DNA of 64,000 nucleotides from Fidelibacterota bacterium (lineage in GTDB: Bacteria; Fidelibacterota; Marinisomatia; SCGC-AAA003-L08; GCA-2689995). Both the position numbers and the translations under genes were made by a program. The notes below the pieces were generated by a model. It saw nothing but the letters and a program-made list of their open reading frames with translations, had not been told where the DNA came from and ran no database searches. Positions 39,083-47,484 of the stretch are shown one piece after another; position 1 is the first letter of the stretch; every line of letters begins with the position of its first letter. The stretch spans positions 76,447 through 140,446 of the forward strand of contig NZIV01000062.1 of NCBI GenBank assembly GCA_002689995.1, read 5' to 3'.

Positions 39083-40840
39083 TTATTTAGGTTTCTTACG
39101 TGGATTATAATCTCTATTTTTTGATTGAGACCTGTTTCTTTTTAACTTACTTTTATTTCCTCTACCACGTTTTTTTTTAGAATCTGAATAAGAATTATTT
39201 TCCTTTATTTTTGGTTTTTCTTTGGCTACTTCAATTAAGATTTTTTCACCTTCAAATTCTTGGTTTGATAAGTTTTTAATCAATTGATATTTTTTATTCT
39301 CTTCCAATTCAAAGAAAGTAAACTTTTTCATAATTTCAATTTTTCCAATTATAGCATTATCGGAATGTAATGATTCATTAATAATCCCCATTAAACGATT
39401 AGGATTAAGATTATTTTTTAAACCAAGATTTATGAATAAGTTTACAAATTTTGATTTTCTTCTTTGTGATCGACTGCGTTTTTCTCTACGATTATCATTT
39501 TTACTTAAATTAGATTTTAAATTAATATCTTTTGAGTTTTTATAGTAATTCAAAAATCGATTAAACTCAATAGATACAAAATGTTTTATAATATCCTCTC
39601 TATCAAAGGATTTTAATTTATAATATATTTCTGATAAGAATGGCTCAATTTGATTCTCATCTACTTCAATATTTTTCACTTTATCTATAAGTACCATTAA
39701 TTGAGCTTGACAAATTTCTTTACCTTTTGGAACCATTTCTTTTATGAACTTAATTTTTGTTTTACGTTCAATATCTTTAATTTTATATATTTCTCTAGAG
39801 TGGCAAATTGCAATAGAAATACCACTTTTCCCTGCGCGTCCTGTTCGACCACTTCGGTGCGTATAAACTTCTGTTTCATCTGGAAGGTTATAATTAATAA
39901 TATGAGTTAAATCATTAACATCTAGTCCTCTAGCAGCCACATCTGTTGCTACCAAAATTTGTAATTGTCTTTTTCTAAAACGACCCATTACCTCATCACG
40001 TTGAGTTTGTGACAAGTCTCCATGAATTGCATCTGCATTATATCCATCATGAATAAGCTTATTTGCAATTTCTTTTGTTTCTCTTCGAGTTCTACAAAAA
40101 GTAATTCCATAAATATTAGGATTTAAATCTGCAATTCGCTTTAATACTTCATAACGATCTCTCGCTTGAACCATATAAAAAATATGATCTACATTTTCAG
40201 CTCCTTTATTTTCACTGGCAACAGAGATTTTTAAAGGATTTTTCATATATTGCTGAGTGATAGAAATTATTTTTTTTGACATTGTTGCAGAAAATAAAAG
40301 CGTTTGTTTTTGTTCAGGAGTTGAAGATAATATTTCTTCCATATCTTCTTTGAATCCCATAGTTAACATTTCATCTGCTTCATCTAAAATTACTCGCTCA
40401 ACATTCTGTAATTTTAATTTTTTACGACGAATCATATCTTTTGTACGCCCTGGTGTTCCAATTACAATATGAGCTCCTTTTTTTAGAGCTCTAATTTGAG
40501 AATCCATACCTGCCCCGCCATATACTGGGACAACATTTAATTTATCAATATATTTTGAATAACTCATTAAATCCTTCGCAATTTGTATACATAATTCTCT
40601 TGTAGGACATAAAACTAACGTTTGAGGGACTTTATTAGATAAATCTGTTAATGTAATCGATGGTAAGCCGAATGCTGCTGTCTTCCCAGTTCCAGTTTGA
40701 GCAGTTGCAATTATATCTTTATTTTCTTTTAATAAAATTGGAATTGTTTTGGTCTGGATTGGTGTCGGCATTTCATAGCCTAATTCTTTAATTGCATTTT
40801 GAATTTCTTGCTGTAATTGGAAATCTTTGAAATGCTTCAT
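39083..40840 (-). CDS. deaD: DEAD-box ATP-dependent RNA helicase (DeaD/CsdA-like) with a DbpA-type RNA-binding domain and a basic tail
   Basis: Q-motif, AQTGTGKT, DEAD, SAT and HRSGRTGRAG motifs. Lys/Arg-rich C-terminus. Confidence 0.9.
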   Translation of the reverse strand: MKHFKDFQLQQEIQNAIKELGYEMPTPIQTKTIPILLKENKDIIATAQTGTGKTAAFGLPSITLTDLSNKVPQTLVLCPTRELCIQIAKDLMSYSKYIDKLNVVPVYGGAGMDSQIRALKKGAHIVIGTPGRTKDMIRRKKLKLQNVERVILDEADEMLTMGFKEDMEEILSSTPEQKQTLLFSATMSKKIISITQQYMKNPLKISVASENKGAENVDHIFYMVQARDRYEVLKRIADLNPNIYGITFCRTRRETKEIANKLIHDGYNADAIHGDLSQTQRDEVMGRFRKRQLQILVATDVAARGLDVNDLTHIINYNLPDETEVYTHRSGRTGRAGKSGISIAICHSREIYKIKDIERKTKIKFIKEMVPKGKEICQAQLMVLIDKVKNIEVDENQIEPFLSEIYYKLKSFDREDIIKHFVSIEFNRFLNYYKNSKDINLKSNLSKNDNRREKRSRSQRRKSKFVNLFINLGLKNNLNPNRLMGIINESLHSDNAIIGKIEIMKKFTFFELEENKKYQLIKNLSNQEFEGEKILIEVAKEKPKIKENNSYSDSKKKRGRGNKSKLKRNRSQSKNRDYNPRKKPK

Positions 40841-41266
40841 ATAATTATTTTTCCTGATGGATTAATTTAAAAATGTGAATTTAGGTTTCCCATTAGCTGA
40901 TAAACTACAATTCCGTAAGGATTATAATACTATAATTTGATACGATAAAACTAAGTAATAATTGTATAATATCTTGATTTTATAAATACTTATTCAACTT
41001 AAATTTAATTTTTATTTTTAAAAAAAAAATTTATAAAAATCACTCATTTACTATATAAAAATAATATATTTTTAAAATCTTTATTATAGACATTAAATAA
41101 ATATAAGTATAATTTTTACATATATATATTCTAAAATAAGGATCTATAACTAACTTATCTAATCAATTTTATTGCTCGCAACACAAAACTGATTAAAATG
41201 TAGTAATTACTTATAAAAATATATTTTCCACTGAAAAATAATCTATACAAATTAGAAAGTACAAAA
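40841..41266. promoter_or_regulatory. 426-bp extremely AT-rich divergent intergenic region. Presumed to hold the promoters and a long deaD leader.
   Basis: The largest non-coding gap in an otherwise compact window. It lies between the divergent deaD (-) and dehydrogenase (+) starts. No specific promoter elements could be assigned. Confidence 0.3.
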
Positions 41267-42247
41267 TTGAAAATAGGACTACAATTAACTAAAAATTCAA
41301 AAAAATATTCTCAATTGCTTAAAGTATTAAAATCAAATTTAAAAATCATCGATAATCTAGAATTCATACAAATTCCAAATAATGATATACTTAAATGTCA
41401 AATTGGAAGCCTAGATATTTTAGTTACCTATAGTATCTCTAAAGAATTATTCTCTAATGCATCAGATAAACTGAAATGGATTCATATTGGCGCTGCAGGT
41501 ATAGAAAAAAGCTTATTCCCTTCCATAATAAAAAGTAGGACTGTTATAACTAATGCAAGAGGCATTCATGCCACACCAGTTTCTGAATTTGTTCTAGGAA
41601 TAATACTATATTTATCTAAAAAATTTAAAAAATGTGAAAAATTTAAAAGAGATAAGAACTGGACCCAATGGGAAATAGCTTCGCAAACTATTCAATTAAA
41701 AGGAAAAACAATTGGTATAATAGGGTACGGTAAAATTGGAAAAGCGATTGCTAAAAAATGTATAAATTTTGATATGAAAGTGATTGCAACACGAAGATTA
41801 CAAAAGAAATATGAAGTTAAAAAAACTTATGAACTTATTCCGATTTCTGAATTAGACTATTTATTAGAAAATAGCGATTACATAGTAATAGCCTGTCCTT
41901 TAACTCCTATGACAAAAGGATTAATAGGGAAAAAAGAAATTAATAAATTAAAACCAACTGCCTTTTTAATAAATATTGCAAGAGGAGAAATTATTATCGA
42001 AAAAGAATTAATAAACGCTTTAGAAAAAAAAATAATTTCAGGAGCAGCTTTAGATGTTTTTGAAAATGAACCTTTAAAAAAAACAAGTCCATTTTTTAAT
42101 TTAGATAATATATTTTTATCTCCTCATATTTCAGGAAATTTTCCAGAATATCAAAAAGCAATGATAACTCAATTTTCGGATAATTTGAATCGATTTATTA
42201 ATGGTCAATCTTTAAAAAACCGTATTTGTAAAAAAAGATTATATTAA
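41267..42247 (+). CDS. D-isomer-specific 2-hydroxyacid dehydrogenase family protein
   Basis: GIIGYGKIGKAIA NAD site, NIARGEII, LDVFENEPL and SPHISG. TTG start. Confidence 0.85.
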   Translation: MKIGLQLTKNSKKYSQLLKVLKSNLKIIDNLEFIQIPNNDILKCQIGSLDILVTYSISKELFSNASDKLKWIHIGAAGIEKSLFPSIIKSRTVITNARGIHATPVSEFVLGIILYLSKKFKKCEKFKRDKNWTQWEIASQTIQLKGKTIGIIGYGKIGKAIAKKCINFDMKVIATRRLQKKYEVKKTYELIPISELDYLLENSDYIVIACPLTPMTKGLIGKKEINKLKPTAFLINIARGEIIIEKELINALEKKIISGAALDVFENEPLKKTSPFFNLDNIFLSPHISGNFPEYQKAMITQFSDNLNRFINGQSLKNRICKKRLY

Positions 42248-42289
42248 TTTTAATATTGTCATAAATTAATTGATTATATTTAAGATCAA

Positions 42290-42913
42290 ATGATAACAAA
42301 TCAGAAAACTCAAAATACTTGGGTACAGGAACTAAATAAATCTATTGGAGAAATTAAAAAGAAAGAAAGAAAACTTAAATACTTTCGTTTTTTAGTACTT
42401 TTTACAGGGTGTTCAATTTTTCTTCTTATTATATTTATTTTAGGAAAATCTAAACTTCAAGTTATCAATCCAAAAGTAAATCTAACCAAAATAAGTAAAC
42501 CATTAATTATCGAAGAAAAATTAGATTCCCTAAAAATTAAAAATTTATCACTACAACCAATAACAAAAATTAAAACTCAGAATAAACTTAAAGAGAAAAT
42601 AGATAGTTTTTCAAAAATAGATAATAAATCAGAAAATCTACAAAAAAATGATGAAATATATAAATTAAATGATTACAAAAAACGAAATGGGAAGCACATT
42701 ACATATTATGATAATGGTAATAAATGGGTGGAATTAAATTTTGAAAATGATTTAAGAGAAGGCGTTCAATTTACTTGGCATCGTAACGGGAAATTAAAAT
42801 CTAAATTAAATTATGTTTCTGGAAAAAAACATGGAATTCAAAAATGGTGGCAAAAAGATGGTAAAATGTTAAATGAAAAAGTTTATATTAATGGAAAATG
42901 GCAAAAAAAATAA
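42290..42913 (+). CDS. Membrane-anchored MORN-variant (YwqK-like) repeat protein
   Basis: N-terminal TM segment. The C-terminus has repeats of the G.h..YY.NG.k...l.f.n....G type. Confidence 0.55.
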   Translation: MITNQKTQNTWVQELNKSIGEIKKKERKLKYFRFLVLFTGCSIFLLIIFILGKSKLQVINPKVNLTKISKPLIIEEKLDSLKIKNLSLQPITKIKTQNKLKEKIDSFSKIDNKSENLQKNDEIYKLNDYKKRNGKHITYYDNGNKWVELNFENDLREGVQFTWHRNGKLKSKLNYVSGKKHGIQKWWQKDGKMLNEKVYINGKWQKK

Positions 42914-42916
42914 AAC

Positions 42917-43678
42917 CTATTTAATACGAGTAAATATAAATTGGTTTTCTGCATCTATCAATTCAAATCTATCCTTAGTATCAATATTTAATTGATAATT
43001 AACTCTTCTTCCAACTTTGATCCTACTTTTAGGAAAACCTTTATTTAACATTCTTAAAACAATATTAAAATCCCAATTATAATTTATACTATACATTTCT
43101 TCCCATAACTTTTTACCCAAATTATTAATTTCTGTAAAAGTATAAACTCCACCTTTAAATTCTGATAAATATTTTTTACCTGAAAATTTTGAAGCTACGT
43201 TCCATTGACCATATAAGTATTCTTTAAGTGGATTATTTGGACTAGGAGTGTTACCTAATTCAGGGTGGAGTTCCGCATATTTTTTGATTCTTCCATTAAT
43301 TTTATCATCAATTTTTAAAATATCACTCATATTATCAAAATAATGAATTTCAGCTAAATTTTCTTCTAAACCAAGTATTATCCAATGTTCAACTATCATA
43401 CTTTGACCATTATCATATTTTTGCTTTACTATTTCTTTTTTGATTTCAGGCATTATAGTATCATTCTTTTCAACATTGATTGTTATTGCTGTATCTCCAA
43501 ATGATGATATGAATAATATTTTTGAAAGCTCCATTTTAGGTGGATTACCTGAATAAACCTCAATTTCTTTTGGAGAACCATCAGGAAAAATATCAACAAC
43601 TTTAGATTTTTCATTTCCAGAGCAATTAAATAGTATAAAACATAAGAAGTTTATAAATAGAACTTTTATTGTTTTCAT
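42917..43678 (-). CDS. Lipoprotein, unknown function
   Basis: Lipobox ILFNCSG and no recognisable motifs. ATGA overlap with the upstream 50-aa ORF. Confidence 0.45.
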   Translation of the reverse strand: MKTIKVLFINFLCFILFNCSGNEKSKVVDIFPDGSPKEIEVYSGNPPKMELSKILFISSFGDTAITINVEKNDTIMPEIKKEIVKQKYDNGQSMIVEHWIILGLEENLAEIHYFDNMSDILKIDDKINGRIKKYAELHPELGNTPSPNNPLKEYLYGQWNVASKFSGKKYLSEFKGGVYTFTEINNLGKKLWEEMYSINYNWDFNIVLRMLNKGFPKSRIKVGRRVNYQLNIDTKDRFELIDAENQFIFTRIK

Positions 43679-43827
43679 GAGGAATCCTTTAATTTTTCCA
43701 TTTCACGAAATAATGTAGTTTTAAAATCATTTTTTTTGGAGGAGGTATGGATGGTTGTTTCGTTTATAACTTTAAAATAAAGCCAAACTCCAACTCCAAG
43801 TATTCCTAAAATAATTATGGTAATCAT
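43675..43827 (-). CDS. Unlisted 50-aa single-TM ORF
   Basis: Hand translation gives MITIIILGILGVGVWLYFKVINETTIHTSSKKNDFKTTLFREMEKLKDSS. Its ATG overlaps the TGA of the 717-aa gene (ATGA), and its TGA overlaps the ATG of the lipoprotein gene (ATGA). Confidence 0.45.
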   Translation of the reverse strand: MITIIILGILGVGVWLYFKVINETTIHTSSKKNDFKTTLFREMEKLKDSS

Positions 43828-45977
43828 TCAATCTCAAAGCCAACAGTATTACCGTAAGGATCTGTCTTAATAACTATTACATCTTTTCCACCTGAACCAT
43901 AGGAAGTTGTTTCTCCAACTAATATATATCCACCATCATCAGTAACAACGTTAATTCCGTAGCCATAATCCTCATTTTCTCCATCAGAAAAAATATTTTC
44001 ATCAAACATTTCACCTGTATTAATATCAACTTTAAAAAACCACAAATCACCGTTCCCATTTATATAGGTTGTTCCAAAGACTAAAAGAATATCTGAATTT
44101 ATACCAATATCAATCATATCTGCACCATTATCATTAACTGTATACCCATAATTATGACGCCAGAGTTCATTACCGTTTATATCTACCTTTATAATACATA
44201 CAGGAGCAGATGAATTACCTCCTTCTTTCATAAGGATATAATATCCACCACCACTTTTATCAAAAATAAGTTTTTTTGATGATTCATTACTCGTGGTTCC
44301 AGATAAAGTAGTAGACCACTCAATATCTCCAAATTCTGAAATCTTAAGTAAATATATATCAAAACCACCTGATCCATAAGATAAGGTTTCACCAAGTAGT
44401 ATATATCCACCTACAGATAATGGATACACATCTTTTCCATAATCAAAATTAGATCCACCAAAGGTATATTCGTTTATAATAGTTCCAAATTGGTCAAGTT
44501 TAACTAACCAAATATCAATATCTGTAGAATTTCCATTTTGAATAGATTTTGAACCAACAGCAATTAAGGAGCCATTATTATTTGAAATTGCATTGAGCCT
44601 ATCATTACCAAGATTACCAAAACTATTATCACTTATAAAATTACCCATTCTATCAGTATGAATAATCCATCCATCTATTCCATTATTTTGATTTGACTCT
44701 GTTCTACCAGCAAAGATTATTGTACTATCAGATAATATTACTGCATCTTCAATAACATCTAAGTTACTACTACCAAATGTATTTTTACTTAATTGATTGC
44801 CTTCTAAATCTAATTGTAATACTAAACCATCTTTATCACCAGCTCCAAATGATTTTGTATAACCAGATACTATGAAGCCATTTTGGCTAATAGGAATTAC
44901 ATGAAAGCCTCCATCATCTTCTATTCCACCATAAGCTTTATAAAAACGGGTAAATGCATTCGCTTCTAAAATTGTCCCCTTAGTTTTTTGCTCCCAAATA
45001 TCGATAACATCTATACGATAATACCTTGTCTCGTTATCATAGATACCCTCTCGTATAAATTCTAATATTTCTGCATCATCTATAGAACAAATTAATTCAG
45101 AATTTTCCATATCTTCATCATATGATTCATATAATTCATACCGCAAAAAATCTGTTTCTAAACATTTATTCCAATTTATAATTATACTATTATTATCATA
45201 GGAAGCACTAACTATATCTAGTGCAATTGGATATGGATCAGGCAAAATAACTTTAGGTAAACTTGTTGATACAAAGTCAAGCTCATCATAAACTTTAATT
45301 CTATAATAATTATTAATTATAGTTGGGTCAATTCCAACATGAAGAAAACTAGTACAATCTTGTTCTGTTGTTGTAAGAATTTCAATTTCATTATAATGAA
45401 AAAAGTCTATCCATGGATTTAAATGTTGAAGAGTATATTTTTTAAAATCTTCATCTTCAGACTTTTCCCAACTAATTCTATAATTTCGATTCTCTAACTC
45501 AATGGATGTAATTGATATTGAAGCAGGATTAGAATTTTCATTATTTACTGCAATTAGAACCTCATCACTTTTACCCATATTACCATTTATATCGTAAGCT
45601 CTGACATGTAAATAATATGAATTATCCTCAACCCATCTCGTATTCCATTGCATGCTATATGATTCTTTTATTTCCTCAAAACTTTCTATCGTATTCCCCA
45701 TCTCATCATAATATGGAATTTGAATACCAGTTGAGTCATTATTTACCCATAATTCAGCACGTAATAAATTACTATTATCACTAATTTCACAAATTATTGG
45801 AACAATTTCAGCAACGTATTCACCAGCTAAAGGGGATACAATTTCAACTTCAGGCACCTGATAATCAGGCATTATTAACAAACAAGATATGCCGATAAAA
45901 GAAGCGAAAATAATTAATATTTTATTTTTAACTATTTTTAACATACAATAAAAAAAATTAGATTTCTTTAAAATCAA
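43824..45977 (-). CDS. Secreted/anchored protein: Ig-like domain, two FN3-like domains, and a C-terminal multi-blade beta-propeller-like repeat region
   Basis: N-terminal hydrophobic anchor. FN3-like W..s.d.DF..Y.L and YYRI.V.D patterns occur twice. About 7-8 repeats of about 45 aa (G..D.....K.D..G...W, for example GGFDIYLLKISEFGDIEW and GGKDVIVIKTDPYGN). Confidence 0.55.
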   Translation of the reverse strand: MILKKSNFFYCMLKIVKNKILIIFASFIGISCLLIMPDYQVPEVEIVSPLAGEYVAEIVPIICEISDNSNLLRAELWVNNDSTGIQIPYYDEMGNTIESFEEIKESYSMQWNTRWVEDNSYYLHVRAYDINGNMGKSDEVLIAVNNENSNPASISITSIELENRNYRISWEKSEDEDFKKYTLQHLNPWIDFFHYNEIEILTTTEQDCTSFLHVGIDPTIINNYYRIKVYDELDFVSTSLPKVILPDPYPIALDIVSASYDNNSIIINWNKCLETDFLRYELYESYDEDMENSELICSIDDAEILEFIREGIYDNETRYYRIDVIDIWEQKTKGTILEANAFTRFYKAYGGIEDDGGFHVIPISQNGFIVSGYTKSFGAGDKDGLVLQLDLEGNQLSKNTFGSSNLDVIEDAVILSDSTIIFAGRTESNQNNGIDGWIIHTDRMGNFISDNSFGNLGNDRLNAISNNNGSLIAVGSKSIQNGNSTDIDIWLVKLDQFGTIINEYTFGGSNFDYGKDVYPLSVGGYILLGETLSYGSGGFDIYLLKISEFGDIEWSTTLSGTTSNESSKKLIFDKSGGGYYILMKEGGNSSAPVCIIKVDINGNELWRHNYGYTVNDNGADMIDIGINSDILLVFGTTYINGNGDLWFFKVDINTGEMFDENIFSDGENEDYGYGINVVTDDGGYILVGETTSYGSGGKDVIVIKTDPYGNTVGFEIE

Positions 45978-46048
45978 ATATAAAACAAAGTCTTAAATTG
46001 AGATGTATTTAATCTCACAAAAACAATTGAATTTATGAATACTTTTAT

Positions 46049-46864
46049 ATGACTAAAAAGACTTTACATTTTATTTTTTTAATATTTATAATAACTATTA
46101 ATGGCTGTTTTATTATCAGGAATGGACCTCAAGAAAAATATTATAGAAATGGACAGCTTAAATATTCTGGGAATTATCAGTTTAATAAAAAACATGGTAC
46201 TTTTCGTTATTTTGCTAAAAATGGAAAATTAATCTCAGAAGAGAATTTTCAAAATGGACAGCTCCATGGTAAATCAATATGGATAAATGAAAAGGAACAA
46301 ACACAAACTATAGCTGAATACCAATATGGACTTAAGCATGGTACTTTTCAATGGATTGATCAAGGTTTAATAAAACAAATTGAATCTTATAAAAATGGAC
46401 TTAAACACGGACAATCAATTTGGTATAATGAAAACGGTTATATTAAATCTATTGGTAATTATGAAAATGGAAATAAAAATGATTTATTTGCATGGTATTC
46501 AGATTCTACACAAGTTACAGGTCTTTTTGCATGGTACTTTGATTCTGGTATGCTTGAATCAATTGGAAATAAAATAGAAGGGAAATGGGAAGGAGAGTGG
46601 AAGGCATATTGGGAAAATGGTAATCTTAAAATTTCAGGTAAATTTACTCATGGAGTGCGTGATGGACAATGGATATGGTATTATCAGAATGGTAGTTTAA
46701 AATCAGAGGAAAATTATAAAAATGGTCTTGGAAATGGTCAAACAATTAATTATTATAAAAATGGACAGATAAAAAGTAAAGGCCGTTACCAGAATGGTAA
46801 AGTCATTGGTAATTGGTTTTGGTGGAATCAATCGGGTGAACGGGTAAGAGAAGAAGAATTTTAA
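46049..46864 (+). CDS. MORN-variant (YwqK-like) repeat lipoprotein
   Basis: Lipobox ITINGC, followed by about 9 repeats of the Y.NG.LK..G.Y.NG.KHG type. Confidence 0.6.
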   Translation: MTKKTLHFIFLIFIITINGCFIIRNGPQEKYYRNGQLKYSGNYQFNKKHGTFRYFAKNGKLISEENFQNGQLHGKSIWINEKEQTQTIAEYQYGLKHGTFQWIDQGLIKQIESYKNGLKHGQSIWYNENGYIKSIGNYENGNKNDLFAWYSDSTQVTGLFAWYFDSGMLESIGNKIEGKWEGEWKAYWENGNLKISGKFTHGVRDGQWIWYYQNGSLKSEENYKNGLGNGQTINYYKNGQIKSKGRYQNGKVIGNWFWWNQSGERVREEEF

Positions 46865-46885
46865 TATTTAATCCTAAATATCATA

Positions 46886-47401
46886 TTAATATAACATCCA
46901 ATAAATTATAACACCTGTAACAGAAACATATATCCAGAGAGGAAATGTAATTTTGGCAATCTTACGATGCTTATCAATTTGGCTCTGCCAGCCTCGATAA
47001 AGAGTAATCAATGCTAAAGGTAAAATAATTGCAGCTAATACGATATGACTGATTAAAATTATAAAATATATTGTAGCATAATCTCCTACATATGCTTTTG
47101 GGCCAGCTTTAAACCAATGATAAATAATATAAGTAACTAAAAACATTGCGGATGTTCCAAAAGCTGCTAAATTAATTTTTTTATGAAGTTCTATATTTTT
47201 TCTTTTTATGGCAATAAAAGCTGAAATTAATAATATTGTCGTAATTGTATTTAGTACCGAATTCACTAATGGCAATCGAGATACATCAACCATTCCCTCG
47301 ACACCTTGTGGACGTGGTCCTAAAATTAAAAATGCAACAGCAAGTGAAATTACTACTGAAAGAATATATATAATTTTTAACCAAAATTTATCATTTTGCA
47401 T
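46886..47401 (-). CDS. DUF420 (CtaM-like) membrane protein
   Basis: 171 aa, 4-5 TM, with YRGW....HRKIAK..FPLW.YVS.TGV.IY, a motif typical of DUF420, a family linked to aa3 oxidase maturation. Confidence 0.65.
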   Translation of the reverse strand: MQNDKFWLKIIYILSVVISLAVAFLILGPRPQGVEGMVDVSRLPLVNSVLNTITTILLISAFIAIKRKNIELHKKINLAAFGTSAMFLVTYIIYHWFKAGPKAYVGDYATIYFIILISHIVLAAIILPLALITLYRGWQSQIDKHRKIAKITFPLWIYVSVTGVIIYWMLY

Positions 47402-47420
47402 AATGTATTCCTAAAATGAT

Positions 47421-47444
47421 AAAAGACTCCTTTCGGAGTCTTTT
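47421..47444 (-). terminator. Hairpin (AAAAGACTCC-4 nt-GGAGTCTTTT) downstream of the octahaem cytochrome gene
   Basis: Perfect 10-bp stem with T-rich flanks on both strands. It lies 40 nt after the stop at 47485 and 20 nt before the DUF420 ATG. Confidence 0.55.
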
Positions 47445-47484
47445 ATATATTATTATTATTGTAAAATAATTTTTACAAATATTC

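Noticed and set aside
46487-46545. 39-nt in-frame near-duplication (LFAWYSDSTQVTG / LFAWYFDSGMLES) in the 271-aa MORN protein
   Set aside because: It is consistent with the internal periodicity or slippage of a repeat protein and has no independent functional implication.
42290-46864. Possible toxin-antitoxin reading of the two YwqK-like (MORN-variant) genes
   Set aside because: MORN-variant repeat proteins are often auto-labelled as YwqK antitoxins. Here both carry membrane or lipoprotein signals, no adjacent toxin-like (for example nuclease or deaminase) gene is present, and they are not paired.
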